Origin: Flavobacteriales bacterium
GTDB lineage: Bacteria > Bacteroidota > Bacteroidia > NS11-12g > UBA955
DNA: 64,000 nucleotides
Assembly (NCBI GenBank): GCA_947457565.1
Contig: CANGWH010000001.1
Location: 77,272 to 141,271, forward strand
Reading direction: 5' to 3'
Shown here one piece after another: positions 63,796-64,000 of this stretch; within the stretch, counting starts at the first letter, position 1, and each line of letters starts with the position of its first letter. The notes below the pieces were generated by a model. It saw only the letters and a program-made list of their open reading frames with translations, had not been told where the DNA came from and ran no database searches. Made by a program: the position numbers and the translations under genes.

Positions 63796-64000
63796 AAATT
63801 CACATAATAGTCTTCTACAATCAGTGATTCGGATTGTCATGGCCCTTTCCGTAATTGCTATCAACATCTAAAACACTCCACCAATAAGACTCAATCAAAC
63901 TTTTCTGTTGGCAATAATCCTACATATTAATCGTTTCTTACCTGTGAAGTTCACCCGTACATGGATAATTCCTTTTGTCTTTATATTAGCAGGTATACCG

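Noticed and set aside
1-64000. Search for CRISPR arrays, tRNA/rRNA genes, transposases, integrases, phage or defence-system genes
   Set aside because: I found no repeat-spacer periodicity and no cloverleaf-like or rRNA-like segments in any spacer; all spacers are 260 bp or shorter and AT-rich. No ORF carries recombinase, transposase, reverse transcriptase or typical defence motifs. The window reads as core chromosome.
63944-64000. Possible start of a membrane-protein gene at the right edge (GTG 63944: VKFTRTWIIPFVFILAGIP...)
   Set aside because: Only 19 codons are visible, there is no promoter box, and another frame offers an alternative ATG (63961). Too little sequence to support a call.

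Overview
This is a gene-dense, AT-rich 64-kb chromosomal segment that looks like a Bacteroidota genome. Supporting signs: three proteins with T9SS C-terminal sorting domains (two type A, one type B/CHU_C), recurring TAnnTTTG -7 promoter boxes, no obvious Shine-Dalgarno spacing, a 2TM-kinase/LytTR pair, a GxxExxY protein, and a CcmD-alt/CcmE(Cys) cytochrome c maturation set. I call 56 protein-coding genes; one is truncated at the left edge and was not in the ORF track. Most are core housekeeping: replication (dnaX, dnaE, recF); purine, pyrimidine and folate metabolism (purC, purN, pyrC-like, pyrR-like, folP); central metabolism (fumC, maeB, rpe, dapD, HMG-CoA lyase, proline dehydrogenase); System I cytochrome c maturation (ccmC-D-E-F); envelope functions (RseP, lytic transglycosylase, glycosyltransferases, LTA-synthase-like protein); and two two-component systems. 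I see no rRNA, tRNA, CRISPR array, transposase, integrase, phage or recognisable defence genes, and no classic accessory island. I did not find a clear-cut novel system. The best unexplained candidates are: (1) a three-gene exported Cys/His-rich protein + exported HMA protein + TonB-dependent receptor module at 561-3545, with vicinal Cys-Cys pairs in all three products; (2) an A11 slippery tract in dnaX placed so that both shifted frames stop almost at once, which would give a gamma-like product; (3) an atypical ccm operon with a CxxxY CcmE, a CcmC carrying a ~180-aa N-terminal extension, no ccmABGH, and flanking proline dehydrogenase and ProC-like DUF2520 genes; (4) several genes whose -7 box lies 4 nt from the ATG, predicting leaderless mRNAs. 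Several ORF-track starts (TTG/GTG extensions) were trimmed to better-supported starts. All family assignments come from reading motifs by eye; no searches were run.
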